Origin: Promethearchaeota archaeon Loki_b31
Lineage (GTDB): Archaea > Asgardarchaeota > Lokiarchaeia > Sigyniarchaeales > SOKP01
Direction: 5' to 3'
NCBI GenBank assembly: GCA_005222975.1
Contig: NJBI01000040.1
Location: 1 to 31,980 of the forward strand
Length of the DNA stretch: 31,980 nucleotides
A program made the position numbers and the translations under genes. Shown here piece by piece: positions 17,137 to 26,889 of this stretch. Position 1 is the first letter of the stretch; each line of letters begins with the position of its first letter. Under the pieces are notes generated by a model. The model made no database searches and was not told where the DNA came from. It saw nothing but the letters and a program-made list of their open reading frames with translations.

Positions 17137-20100
17137 AATTAAGTCGGAAAAACGAAAAAAGACTAAAAAATATTATTATAGTCTGTATTCTTATAGGAAC
17201 TCCACTCATAACTTTGGTTTTAGTAAATGTTCGTTGGACTTATTTTATTGACGAAAAAAATGTAGAACAAGTTAAAAATATGGTAACTTCATTTACAAGT
17301 ACTCATCATAACGATGTTGGACTGTTTGTAGAACCAGATATTGATTCAAATTTTAGAGCCATTGACTCTATTAATTTCACATTTTCAAGTATTAATGCTC
17401 CTGAATTGATTGATCCTAATTTTAATCTAAATATTGAGTCTTTTTCCCGTGATTTCTTTTTTGATTATATCTTTGAAAAACAAAATATAGATGGATCCTA
17501 TTCAGATATAGCAGGATTTGGAAATATGTTTTCAACCTATGAAGCAATCGAAACATTAGAAATAACCAATAAGTCGTATCTTGAACGCAAGATAAATCTT
17601 GGAGAAACGAGTAATATCGCAAATTACCTTTCAACTTCTTTAAATGAAGGGGGATGGGGCTTTAAGGCTAATCAGTTCTTAAACGATTCTGACATTATTT
17701 CTACGTTCTGTGCGATTGAACTCGCATATAGTTTATCAGAGAGTTCTTTACTTCTAAATCAAAATATTGAAGAATTTATTGATTCTACATGGTCTTTAGG
17801 TAGTTATCGATTAACAAATGATTCTTTAGATTCAAATCCAGAAACGACATTCTATGGTGTACGAGCTTTTTTAGGAATGAACATGTCTTATAATTTAGTT
17901 GAACTATTACTCATTGGAGCTTATTTTTATAATTTATTTAACCCTTTCGATGGGGGGTATATTAACCCTGAAACGGGTATTTCTGATATTCGATCGACAT
18001 ATTATTCAATTTCTTCACTAGATCTCTTAGAAATTCCTTTAAATTTAAAAAATGCCTCTAAAACTTTAGAATTTATCTTAAATTGTTCAAATAATGATGG
18101 AGGATTTGGTGTTCATCCAAATGTAACTAAATCTGATTTCACATCTGGTTGGGCAGCAATGAAATCAATTAAGATTTTAGAAAGTAAGTTAATTCTTACT
18201 CAAGAAGTAATTGATGCTATAAAACAAATTAAAATTAATTACTATGAATGGCTACACTTTTTCCAAGCAAAAAACGCTCTATTTGGGCAAATAACAATTG
18301 AAACTAATTATTTTGGAATTTTAACTTATTTTACTATGGGGTATCTCGATTCAATACAGACCGCGCAATTTCAATATATAAAAAGCAATATCTTAAGTTT
18401 TACAAAAGCATGTTATAATATTAATGATGGAGGATTTGGTTCGCAACCAGGTCAAGAAGCAACGCTTTTTGCTACATATTGTGGATTAAATCTGTTTCAA
18501 ATGCTTAATCCCGCAGATCGACCTTGGGATCCTAATACATTAAATCTGACATTGACAAAAAATTTCTTGTCTAACATGCAAAATCCTGATGGAGGTTTCA
18601 GAGTTGGAAACGATGTCGATTATTTATTATCTCTTTTCGAGTCTTATTCTATAATTTTTACTAATTTAATCAATACGAATGTGTCCACTGTAGAAAGTAC
18701 ATATTGGGCATTAATTTCTCTAGAATTAATTAATGGGTTAGATCGGATTCATTATAATAATCTTTCTCAATGGGTAAGGTCGTGCCAAAACGCTGATGGA
18801 GGATTTTCAATTGTTATAGGATTTCATAGCGACGTTATTTCTACATATTACGGTTTGCAAATCTTTTACGAGGGTTTTGTTAACGGTCCAATGTCTAAAA
18901 TGACCGCAATTGATTTTTTAAAGCTTTCGCAAACTTCCGATGGAAGTTTTTCCCTTATACCCATGATGGGGAAATTTTTAGATTTACCTTCATCTTTTCT
19001 AGTGACCTATCTCGCTTCTAAGGCTCTTTACGACTACAACTTTCAACCAGATAACATTCAAGAAGCTTTAATCTGGTTTTCGGGATGTATAAGCACCAAC
19101 ACGGGAGGGATAGGAGATAACCCTGATTTTGGAGCCGATTTACGAAATTCGCCCTATGGAATTATAATTATAGACGAATTAAAATATGACCAGAGTTTTG
19201 ATTCAAAACCTTGGAATCAATTATTATTTTATATCTTACTTACTGAAGCTGGATTTATTGGTCTATTTATATTTTTAAAAATTCGTAAAAGACTCTCGTT
19301 ATTGAAAAGAATTAAAGAAAAATTAGGTCTTGGCGGAAAAATTACACCATCCTATCTAAAAAGATTTCCATCAATTAGTTGCGAAAACTTTAGCGTATTT
19401 GCTGGAGGGAAATTAATTGTTGACTCTGTGTCAATGAAAATAGAACATGGTCAAATACTAGGAATCTTAGGGGAAAGTGGGGCAGGAAAATCAACTTTTG
19501 TAAAAGGGTTGTTGGGAATGAGAAAAATTACTGGATTTTGTAAAATTTATGGAATGGACATTAATAAAAAAAATTCTAAAAGGTTAAGACCAATATACGG
19601 CTATGTTCCCCAAGATCTAGGGAAAATCTATCATAATTTTACTGTCTTTGAAAACCTGTTATATTTTGGAACTCAATATGGGTTAACAGAACAAGAAATA
19701 ATAAGTAGATCTAGGAGACTTTTGCGTAATCTTGAAATTGAAGATAAATTTAATGAACTCGTGAGAAACCTTTCGGGGGGCCAAAAAAGAAGGGTTAGCA
19801 TTGCAATTGGGCTAATTCACGCCCCAATTTTTCTTATTTTAGATGAACCCACTTCAGGCTTAGATCCAATCATACGCGAAAACTTATGGTTAGCCCTTAC
19901 AAGAATCAACGAGCAATTTGGAACTACTCTAATTGTAATAACTCATTATCCCGAAGAATCTCGCTTCTGCCATCGCGTTGCTATTTTCGGCAGAAATCGC
20001 GGCGTTATAGACTTCGGGAAACCAAAAGATCTTTTAGCTCAATTACCTGGAAAAGGACGTTCTATAGAAATATGTTTCAAAGAGCTAAAAGAAAATGTAA

Positions 20101-20321
20101 TTGAAGCGCTCGAATCTATAGATGGCATAGAAAGCGTTCTTGAAAATAAAGCGGGAACTGATTATTCGTTATTTACCGAATTAAACTTAAAAGAACTAAT
20201 TGAAAAAATCGAAAATGAAATTGGTAAAGATTCTATCCAAGAAATAAAGCAAATCGATTCTAAAATGGAACAATTCTTCAGATACAAATTAATTGAGGTG
20301 CCTGAAATTGAAGAACTCTAG
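17130..20321 (+). CDS. Fusion protein: signal anchor, prenyltransferase/squalene-oxidase-repeat domain, TM helix, ABC ATPase
   Basis: Repeated (Q/S)NxDGGF motifs, many N-x-S/T sequons, TM LLFYILLTEAGFIGLFIFL, then GESGAGKST, LSGGQ, LDEPTSGLDP and ITH. The true start is uncertain and lies upstream of the called 17214. Confidence 0.85.
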   Translation: MLKLSRKNEKRLKNIIIVCILIGTPLITLVLVNVRWTYFIDEKNVEQVKNMVTSFTSTHHNDVGLFVEPDIDSNFRAIDSINFTFSSINAPELIDPNFNLNIESFSRDFFFDYIFEKQNIDGSYSDIAGFGNMFSTYEAIETLEITNKSYLERKINLGETSNIANYLSTSLNEGGWGFKANQFLNDSDIISTFCAIELAYSLSESSLLLNQNIEEFIDSTWSLGSYRLTNDSLDSNPETTFYGVRAFLGMNMSYNLVELLLIGAYFYNLFNPFDGGYINPETGISDIRSTYYSISSLDLLEIPLNLKNASKTLEFILNCSNNDGGFGVHPNVTKSDFTSGWAAMKSIKILESKLILTQEVIDAIKQIKINYYEWLHFFQAKNALFGQITIETNYFGILTYFTMGYLDSIQTAQFQYIKSNILSFTKACYNINDGGFGSQPGQEATLFATYCGLNLFQMLNPADRPWDPNTLNLTLTKNFLSNMQNPDGGFRVGNDVDYLLSLFESYSIIFTNLINTNVSTVESTYWALISLELINGLDRIHYNNLSQWVRSCQNADGGFSIVIGFHSDVISTYYGLQIFYEGFVNGPMSKMTAIDFLKLSQTSDGSFSLIPMMGKFLDLPSSFLVTYLASKALYDYNFQPDNIQEALIWFSGCISTNTGGIGDNPDFGADLRNSPYGIIIIDELKYDQSFDSKPWNQLLFYILLTEAGFIGLFIFLKIRKRLSLLKRIKEKLGLGGKITPSYLKRFPSISCENFSVFAGGKLIVDSVSMKIEHGQILGILGESGAGKSTFVKGLLGMRKITGFCKIYGMDINKKNSKRLRPIYGYVPQDLGKIYHNFTVFENLLYFGTQYGLTEQEIISRSRRLLRNLEIEDKFNELVRNLSGGQKRRVSIAIGLIHAPIFLILDEPTSGLDPIIRENLWLALTRINEQFGTTLIVITHYPEESRFCHRVAIFGRNRGVIDFGKPKDLLAQLPGKGRSIEICFKELKENVIEALESIDGIESVLENKAGTDYSLFTELNLKELIEKIENEIGKDSIQEIKQIDSKMEQFFRYKLIEVPEIEEL

Positions 20322-22014
20322 AGTAATAGAATTAGAACGATTAAGATTAAAAATCTTGGATGCAATCCGAGTTTCTAAACGCTTTTGGATGACTTATAGA
20401 GAAGATACTTTTGGAATTGCTTCTATTATTGATTTAATTTATAAAAAGTCGTTTATTGAAGTATTATTTTTTACTAATAGCGATGTCATTGAGAAAGGAG
20501 TTCCATTATTAAAAATTTATACCCCTATTGAAGATGAGATTGATTTCATTGAGATTATATTAGATCCAGACTTCGATGAAGATGGTCTTATTAATCCAAT
20601 GAAGATTATTAGGCGTATGAGAAGACTTATTAGGCAAGAATTTCAAAAACGCTTAGAAGTTTTGAACTATGAGGTTGAACTAATTGATAATAAGTTTGAA
20701 AATTTTCAAATAAAAAATAACCCATACTATAGAGAGATTCGAATCTCTTATCCCAATTTCGCTACAAAATTAAAAATTAAATTTGAAAAATACCCAATTT
20801 TACCATCCTTTTCATTTTCAAGATCTTTGTCAAGGATTATTACTGAAAAAAGATTTAACGAAGAAGAAATTATAAAAAACTGGGATATAGAAAATCCTCC
20901 GCATGTTCTTGAAATAATAGAAAAAAGCTGTGAAATTGTTTCAAAACAGCTCAAACTCGAACCTTTAAAAGAAAATTCTCAATATTTAGTTCTTAATGGA
21001 GTGTCAGTGGGAGAAGCAATTAATAATCTTTCTTTTAAAATTCATAGAGGAAAGTCTATTGGCATTATGTACGACGAAGAGTACTTAAATAACGCCAATC
21101 ATAGATTAGACTTATTGAATCTGTTTGAGACCATAGCAGGCTCGCAACTATATTTTTCAGGGTCAATAGAAATTTTCGGAAATCCCATAAAATCGTTATC
21201 AAAAAAAGAAAAAGAGAAAATTTTTCTTTTACCTCCAGCTTACGACTCAGTAATAACAAATATGAAGGTAAAGAAAGCAATTCAATACAAGATAAACTTG
21301 AATGAGAGATATAAAGAGAGAAAGAATGTATTCAACGCAATTTTAAAAAATGCGGGATTAGGTCAAAGTATAGATGAAATTATTGAAGATTTAATTTCGG
21401 ATACAACTTATAAATTCAATCGTAAAAAACAGTTCCTAAAAAATGTTTTGGAAGTAACTGGGATGCTAAATAAGAAAAATAAGAAGTTCTCAGAGTTAAC
21501 ACCTTTAGAATACCTGCTTTTCTCAATAGCACGCGCTTTAATCCAGGCACCAACGATTATAATGTTTTCAATACCTTATGGAATTTTAGGAAAATTAGAA
21601 TATGAAAAATTTAACAATTATATGGATAAAATTAAGCAAGAGTTTCATGTGATTATGATTTTCCATGGATCTGAGGAGATCGCATCAAATTGCGACCAAA
21701 TTTTAACGATCACCAAAATAGCATCAAAAATAGGATCTTTTAAGGATTATATTAAAGATTTGCCTCAATATGGCGAGATTGTAACGATAGAACTAAACGA
21801 TCCTGAAGAGTTCTTAATTAGAAAACTAAAAGAAATGGAAGAAATTGAAGTAATAATTGAAGAAAGAAAGAATGAAAAATATAAGATTTTTCTTAAATCA
21901 AATACAAATAATGTAATTGTAAAAATAACAGAATTATTTGGTCCACGTTTACAAAGTTTTAAAAAATCTACTGCCTCCATTGGAGAATATTTAGAATTTG
22001 TTGAAAATAAATAA
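20308..22014 (+). CDS. Degenerate ABC ATPase with N-terminal UEV/RWD-like domain
   Basis: ABC scaffold (NLSFKIHRGKSIGI, SIARALIQAPTII) lacks the Walker A GKT, LSGGQ and DE. KYPILP…IIKNWDIENPPHVLEII recalls UBC-like folds. GAGGTG RBS precedes TTG 20308. Confidence 0.7.
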   Translation: MKNSRVIELERLRLKILDAIRVSKRFWMTYREDTFGIASIIDLIYKKSFIEVLFFTNSDVIEKGVPLLKIYTPIEDEIDFIEIILDPDFDEDGLINPMKIIRRMRRLIRQEFQKRLEVLNYEVELIDNKFENFQIKNNPYYREIRISYPNFATKLKIKFEKYPILPSFSFSRSLSRIITEKRFNEEEIIKNWDIENPPHVLEIIEKSCEIVSKQLKLEPLKENSQYLVLNGVSVGEAINNLSFKIHRGKSIGIMYDEEYLNNANHRLDLLNLFETIAGSQLYFSGSIEIFGNPIKSLSKKEKEKIFLLPPAYDSVITNMKVKKAIQYKINLNERYKERKNVFNAILKNAGLGQSIDEIIEDLISDTTYKFNRKKQFLKNVLEVTGMLNKKNKKFSELTPLEYLLFSIARALIQAPTIIMFSIPYGILGKLEYEKFNNYMDKIKQEFHVIMIFHGSEEIASNCDQILTITKIASKIGSFKDYIKDLPQYGEIVTIELNDPEEFLIRKLKEMEEIEVIIEERKNEKYKIFLKSNTNNVIVKITELFGPRLQSFKKSTASIGEYLEFVENK

Positions 22015-22053
22015 AATTTAAAACCAAATTATGATAAAATATGAGGAGTGAGT

Positions 22054-22860
22054 ATGCTAAAAAATCTTTATATTATGGACGAAAACGGAAGGTTATTATA
22101 TTCCAAAGATTTTGGAAGAGAACAAAAGTACGATGATAATTTATTAATAGGTTTTTTCACATCTATCACTAACTTTAGTAGGGAAGCCTTAGGTACGGCA
22201 GTCAAAACCGTTAATCTTGGGGAAAATAATAAACTTATCTTCGTCCCAAAACAAGACGAACGGTTACTCGGAGCCGCGATCGTGAGTTCAAATGATAACA
22301 ACGAATTAGTCACTAACATTTTGAAAAAAATTTTGCAAGAATTTATCGATTCCTATTCGCCTGATTATGACACAGAAAAAATCATTCAGGAAGAAATGGA
22401 AAAAAACATTCAAAGCAATTTAAAAGGAAAAGTTATAAGCTCCCCCATAATTAGAGTGGTAATATCGTGGTTAATTAACGGATCGCTTATCTACCCTTTA
22501 ATTTTACTCAGTATTTATGCTACTCTTTTTATTTTTACGGCTTTTAATCTAACTCGATTTCTATATGGTGATGATCTGTTCACAAAATTTTTTCCGGCTT
22601 TGATTCTGTTATCAACTGGAAATATCATAATTTTATTTCTATTTCCTAATTTTCTTTTTGGTATTTTATCCCCAAATCGAAAAGTTGCCATTGCGAACTC
22701 TATTATTCATTTAGCTGTAACTATCATATTATTTGCCTACTCAACAGAACCCGTTTTTGCCTACATCGTTATTGGACATTTACCGTTAACATTGGTCTTC
22801 TCTTTGTTTTTCTTGTTTGTCGGCATGAGATTCTCTTCAAAATGGTTTTTAAAGAAGTAA
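22054..22860 (+). CDS. Longin-like domain protein with about four C-terminal TM helices
   Basis: MLKNLYIMDENGRLLYSKDF…LLIGFFTSITNFSRE…LKKILQEFIDSY fits the longin pattern; the C-terminal half is hydrophobic. Confidence 0.75.
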   Translation: MLKNLYIMDENGRLLYSKDFGREQKYDDNLLIGFFTSITNFSREALGTAVKTVNLGENNKLIFVPKQDERLLGAAIVSSNDNNELVTNILKKILQEFIDSYSPDYDTEKIIQEEMEKNIQSNLKGKVISSPIIRVVISWLINGSLIYPLILLSIYATLFIFTAFNLTRFLYGDDLFTKFFPALILLSTGNIIILFLFPNFLFGILSPNRKVAIANSIIHLAVTIILFAYSTEPVFAYIVIGHLPLTLVFSLFFLFVGMRFSSKWFLKK

Positions 22861-23207
22861 AATAAAGATAAGTTTTTTCTTCCTACTTCTTCTTTTTTAT
22901 AATTAAACTAATATTAACTAATTGAAATGGGAATTATTAAATAAAAAATGTTTTTTGTATTATCTTGTTTAGTAGAATTTTGGTTAAATTTCGAAATTAT
23001 TAAATGAGTGAGTTGATTATTTCAACCTAGAATTTATTTATTAATAATGGTATGGGTGTCTCACAAGATATTAAGGAAAACCCCTTTTAGAGAGGTTATT
23101 AAAAATTAATTTATAATTGATAAAAAAGACAAATCTGGGTGGATTATAAGGCCTAGAAGATGATGTTAAAGGAAATAATTTTTTAATATTAAAGACAAGG
23201 TGATTTA

Positions 23208-23573
23208 ATGGTTTCAGTATTTATCGTAGAAGACGATTTGTCGTTGCAAAAGTTATACGAGATGATGCTAACGACGTTCGGATTTGAAGTCGTTGATAAA
23301 GCGAGCAACGGAAAAGAAGCCATTGAAAAATTTAAATCCCTCTCTTCTAAACCTGATGTAATTTTAATGGACCATAGAATGCCAGTTAAAAATGGAATTG
23401 ACACGACCATTGAATTGATGAAATTCAATAACCACATTAAAGTTATTTTTACAAGCGCAGATAATTCAATTAAAGGACGAGCGCTTGAAATTGGTGCTAT
23501 TTCTTTTATCGAAAAACCCTTTACTGTAATTAAACTACAAAACGAAATCAACAGAGTATTTAACTTAGTTTAA
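23208..23573 (+). CDS. Stand-alone response regulator receiver (CheY-like)
   Basis: IVEDD, PDVILMDHRMP, FTSA and IEKPF motifs; GGTGA RBS. Confidence 0.92.
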   Translation: MVSVFIVEDDLSLQKLYEMMLTTFGFEVVDKASNGKEAIEKFKSLSSKPDVILMDHRMPVKNGIDTTIELMKFNNHIKVIFTSADNSIKGRALEIGAISFIEKPFTVIKLQNEINRVFNLV

Positions 23574-23787
23574 GGCTATTCGATTTCTTAAAAAAATTTA
23601 TACTCTAATTCTTACCTTTATTCAAATCTATTTTTAAGAATTCAACAATCCAATTATAAGAAAAATACATCTGTTTATTAAAATCATTTATGACAAATTT
23701 AAAATTTAATATTTAATTTTCGGAATTATAAAAATTATTTTATTCAAAAATCAAAAAGTATGAAGATTGATTAAAAGGTAAAAAAAT

Positions 23788-25275
23788 ATGAGCTATAAAT
23801 TACCAGATGATAAAGATTTAGATGCCATGATTGGTATTGTAGGTAAAGATTATGCTACCAATAACAAGGCAATTACAGCGTCATATCTTTCCAAATCTGT
23901 AATGGGTTTAGAAGCCCAAATTCCGGATATCGTCGTGCGCCCCAAATATGTAGAAGAGATTCGTAAAATTCTACTTTACTGCTCTGCAGAAAAAATTGCA
24001 GTCTCACCGGTTTCAGGCGGACTATCTGGCGGCTTTGCATGTCCAACTATTAAACCTGCTGGAGTTATGCTTGATTTAGGTAGAATGAATAGAATTATCG
24101 AAGTCGATACAGATAACCGATATGTCGTAGTCGAACCAGGAGTCACAATTGGGGAGCTTTGGGCTTACATGCACAAAAATTACCCAGAGTGGGCGCCTCC
24201 TGTACCAGACGGTGCCCCACCAGCTTCTACCGTAATGGGCGATGCCATCGATCGAGGATTTTCACTATATACAAGTTCTGTAGGTCCTCAAGGAGATAAC
24301 TTTATGTGCGGTGAGATAGTGTTTCCAAACGGAGATATTGTGCGAACTGGCTCTTGGGCACTTCCATTTGCGAAACCATTCTATAAATACGGACTAGGTC
24401 CAGATATCTGGTCCTTTTTAATGGGTTCACAAGGGACTCTAGGCGTAATGACTAAAGTCGCAGTTAAAATATATCCACATCCAAAATTTAAGACTGTAGT
24501 TGTATGGGGTATGTCCAATCCTGAGGATATGCAGGACTTAACACTTGAAATTGGAAAACAAGAATTTGGAATTGCTCACAACACCGTTATGGTTCAAGGA
24601 GGGAATTATCCTTTAGTAATGACGCGTTGGCCAAAAGATAAAGTTCCTCACGATTACGAATTCTACGAACAGTTAGGAATTAGTAAGTGGTGGATGAATT
24701 GGGAGTGCTGGGCACAAACTCAAGAAGAGTTAGATTATGTGGTTAATAGAATCAATAAAATGGCCGAGGATTTCAAGAAAAATAGAGCTAAAGACCCTGA
24801 TAGCATGAAACCTCAGGAACTACATCCCAAACAAATCGCAAGCAGATTGAAGAAACCAAATAAAATAGCGGTTCCCTATGCGTTTTGGGAGGCAGGTTTT
24901 TTATTCATTACATTCTATACCCCATGGAACGAATGCGCACATTTTGCTAACATGTATACTGCTGCTATGGAGAAATATGGTTTTCCACCAGTTATGTGGA
25001 TTGCTAGTATTGAGCGTTGTAGGCAAGCAATTTGTATGCCAATTATTTGTTTCGATAGCACAAAACAATCAGATATCGAAAAAGTTCAAGAGATGAATAG
25101 AGAAACAACAGAATACGCACTTAAGCAAGGGTGGTTGAATTATCGTCCAGATCCATACATCCACGCACCTCTCACTTATTCTCAAGCAGGAATGTATTGG
25201 AAATATTTGAGAACGATGAAGAAGATTTTTGATCCTAATATGATAATGCATCCTGGGAGGCTTGCTCTTCCATAA
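23788..25275 (+). CDS. FAD-binding oxidoreductase (GlcD/VAO family)
   Basis: PDIVVRP, VEPGVT, GPD…GSQGTLGVMT and KKIFDPNMIMHPG motifs. Confidence 0.9.
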   Translation: MSYKLPDDKDLDAMIGIVGKDYATNNKAITASYLSKSVMGLEAQIPDIVVRPKYVEEIRKILLYCSAEKIAVSPVSGGLSGGFACPTIKPAGVMLDLGRMNRIIEVDTDNRYVVVEPGVTIGELWAYMHKNYPEWAPPVPDGAPPASTVMGDAIDRGFSLYTSSVGPQGDNFMCGEIVFPNGDIVRTGSWALPFAKPFYKYGLGPDIWSFLMGSQGTLGVMTKVAVKIYPHPKFKTVVVWGMSNPEDMQDLTLEIGKQEFGIAHNTVMVQGGNYPLVMTRWPKDKVPHDYEFYEQLGISKWWMNWECWAQTQEELDYVVNRINKMAEDFKKNRAKDPDSMKPQELHPKQIASRLKKPNKIAVPYAFWEAGFLFITFYTPWNECAHFANMYTAAMEKYGFPPVMWIASIERCRQAICMPIICFDSTKQSDIEKVQEMNRETTEYALKQGWLNYRPDPYIHAPLTYSQAGMYWKYLRTMKKIFDPNMIMHPGRLALP

Positions 25276-25297
25276 CTGAGTAAGGAGGTAAAAAAAA

Positions 25298-26659
25298 ATG
25301 GCTAAAACTGGAATGGAAAGATTAAAAGAATTGGAGAAGGAAATATATAAGTGTATCCACTGTAAGGCGTGTAGGTTTGCTTATTCGGGAGAGCCTAGTA
25401 GAAACGGAATAGGGGAGTTCGCTGGAAAACAAGGTACAGTTCTTTACGAAGGAATGGTTGACTCGTGTCCAGCTGGAATAGAATACGGTTGGGAAGCGTT
25501 TTGGAACGCCGGTAAAATTTGGATTGCTCGTTCAATTTTAAGCGGAGATTTAGAATTCTCTGACGAAGTAAGGGATGTTATTATGCCGTGCATTACATGC
25601 GGGCAATGTGCAGCCCAATGTGAAAATAAAATACCCACAGTAGACATCATTGAATCTTTACGGGCTGCGTGTATAGAATCGGACGTCCCTATGATTGAGA
25701 AACATGAATTAGTCGATCGCTTAGTCAAGGAATTAAACAATCCTTACGGTGGGAAGGCAGAAGAGCGGTTTAAATGGGCTAAAGACGCTGGTTTAGGGAA
25801 ATATATTAACAATAAAAGCGCTAAGGTTGGTTATTATGTCGGATGTACAGCGAGTTATCGTCAAATAGAAGTTGCTACTGCTACAGCAAAAATATTCGAA
25901 GAATTAGGGATTGATTTTACATTAATCGAAGATGAAGTGTGTTGTGGGAGCCCTTTCTTTAGGATTGGAGCCGTTGAAACTGCTCAAGAGTTAATGAGGA
26001 AAAATCTCGAGGCGTTTAAGGATTTAGAAACGGTCTATTTCTCATGTGCGGGTTGTTATCAGACTATAACGATTGATTATCCAAAGTGGATGGCAGAAGA
26101 CGAGAAGCTCCCTTTTAAAACCATGCACGCGTTTGAATTAGTTTCAAAATTAATCATTGAAGGAAAGATTAAGTTCAAACCTAATAAAGAACTCAAGGGA
26201 AAAGTTGTAACCTATCACGACCCTTGCCATACCGGGAGACATTTCGCTCTAGACATGGAACAAGAAATGATCAAGAACTCCAAGAACTTAATGTTTGATA
26301 TGCGAAAGGTAAACAAAGCGATCGACGAATGGTTTGAAATTCCTAGAGTTATTTTACGGAAACTTGAAGAAGACGTCGGTATCAAGTTTGTTGAGATGTA
26401 TCGTATAAAGAATAATTCAATGTGTTGTGGAGCAGGAGGAGGAGTAAGGGCAGGTTATCCCGACTTTTCATTGCGCACAGCTAGTCTTCGATGCGACGAG
26501 GCTAATGCGGTGAAGGCTGATATCCTAACAACCGAATGCCCCTTTTGTTGGAGAAATTTAAGCGATGCCAATGGTCTTTACAATCATGGTATGCAGGTAA
26601 TGGGCGTTCTGGAAATGATATCCACGTACCATCTTTTAGATAAATCAAACATGAAATAA
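25298..26659 (+). CDS. Fe-S oxidoreductase (GlcF/HdrD-like)
   Basis: CIHCKAC…CP, CITCGQCAAQC, CCG, YHDPCH, CCGAGGG and ECPFC motifs; AAGGAGGT RBS. Confidence 0.92.
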   Translation: MAKTGMERLKELEKEIYKCIHCKACRFAYSGEPSRNGIGEFAGKQGTVLYEGMVDSCPAGIEYGWEAFWNAGKIWIARSILSGDLEFSDEVRDVIMPCITCGQCAAQCENKIPTVDIIESLRAACIESDVPMIEKHELVDRLVKELNNPYGGKAEERFKWAKDAGLGKYINNKSAKVGYYVGCTASYRQIEVATATAKIFEELGIDFTLIEDEVCCGSPFFRIGAVETAQELMRKNLEAFKDLETVYFSCAGCYQTITIDYPKWMAEDEKLPFKTMHAFELVSKLIIEGKIKFKPNKELKGKVVTYHDPCHTGRHFALDMEQEMIKNSKNLMFDMRKVNKAIDEWFEIPRVILRKLEEDVGIKFVEMYRIKNNSMCCGAGGGVRAGYPDFSLRTASLRCDEANAVKADILTTECPFCWRNLSDANGLYNHGMQVMGVLEMISTYHLLDKSNMK

Positions 26660-26662
26660 GCG

Positions 26663-26689
26663 AGGAGAATTACTCCTAATTTTTTTTTT
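26663..26689 (+). terminator. Putative terminator (short hairpin plus T-tract)
   Basis: AGGAG-AATTA-CTCCT followed by a T10 run immediately after the stop codon. Confidence 0.55.
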
Positions 26690-26889
26690 AAATTTCTTTT
26701 TAACTTAAATAAGACTTTGGTTTCTATACCTTTAAACGAAAAATCGTTCAAAAAATTAGCACAAATATTGGAATGTATTAATTTGATATATTTTCAAATA
26801 AAAGTTCGAACAACTGAGATAAAATACAATCAATAAAAATATATTCTAAAATTTTCATTATTATTATAATGTTTGCTGGGGTTTTTTAA

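Noticed and set aside
22861-23207. ncRNA in the intergenic region (weak hairpin near 23078-23097)
   Set aside because: The pairing is short and imperfect in AT-rich DNA, with no recognisable RNA family.
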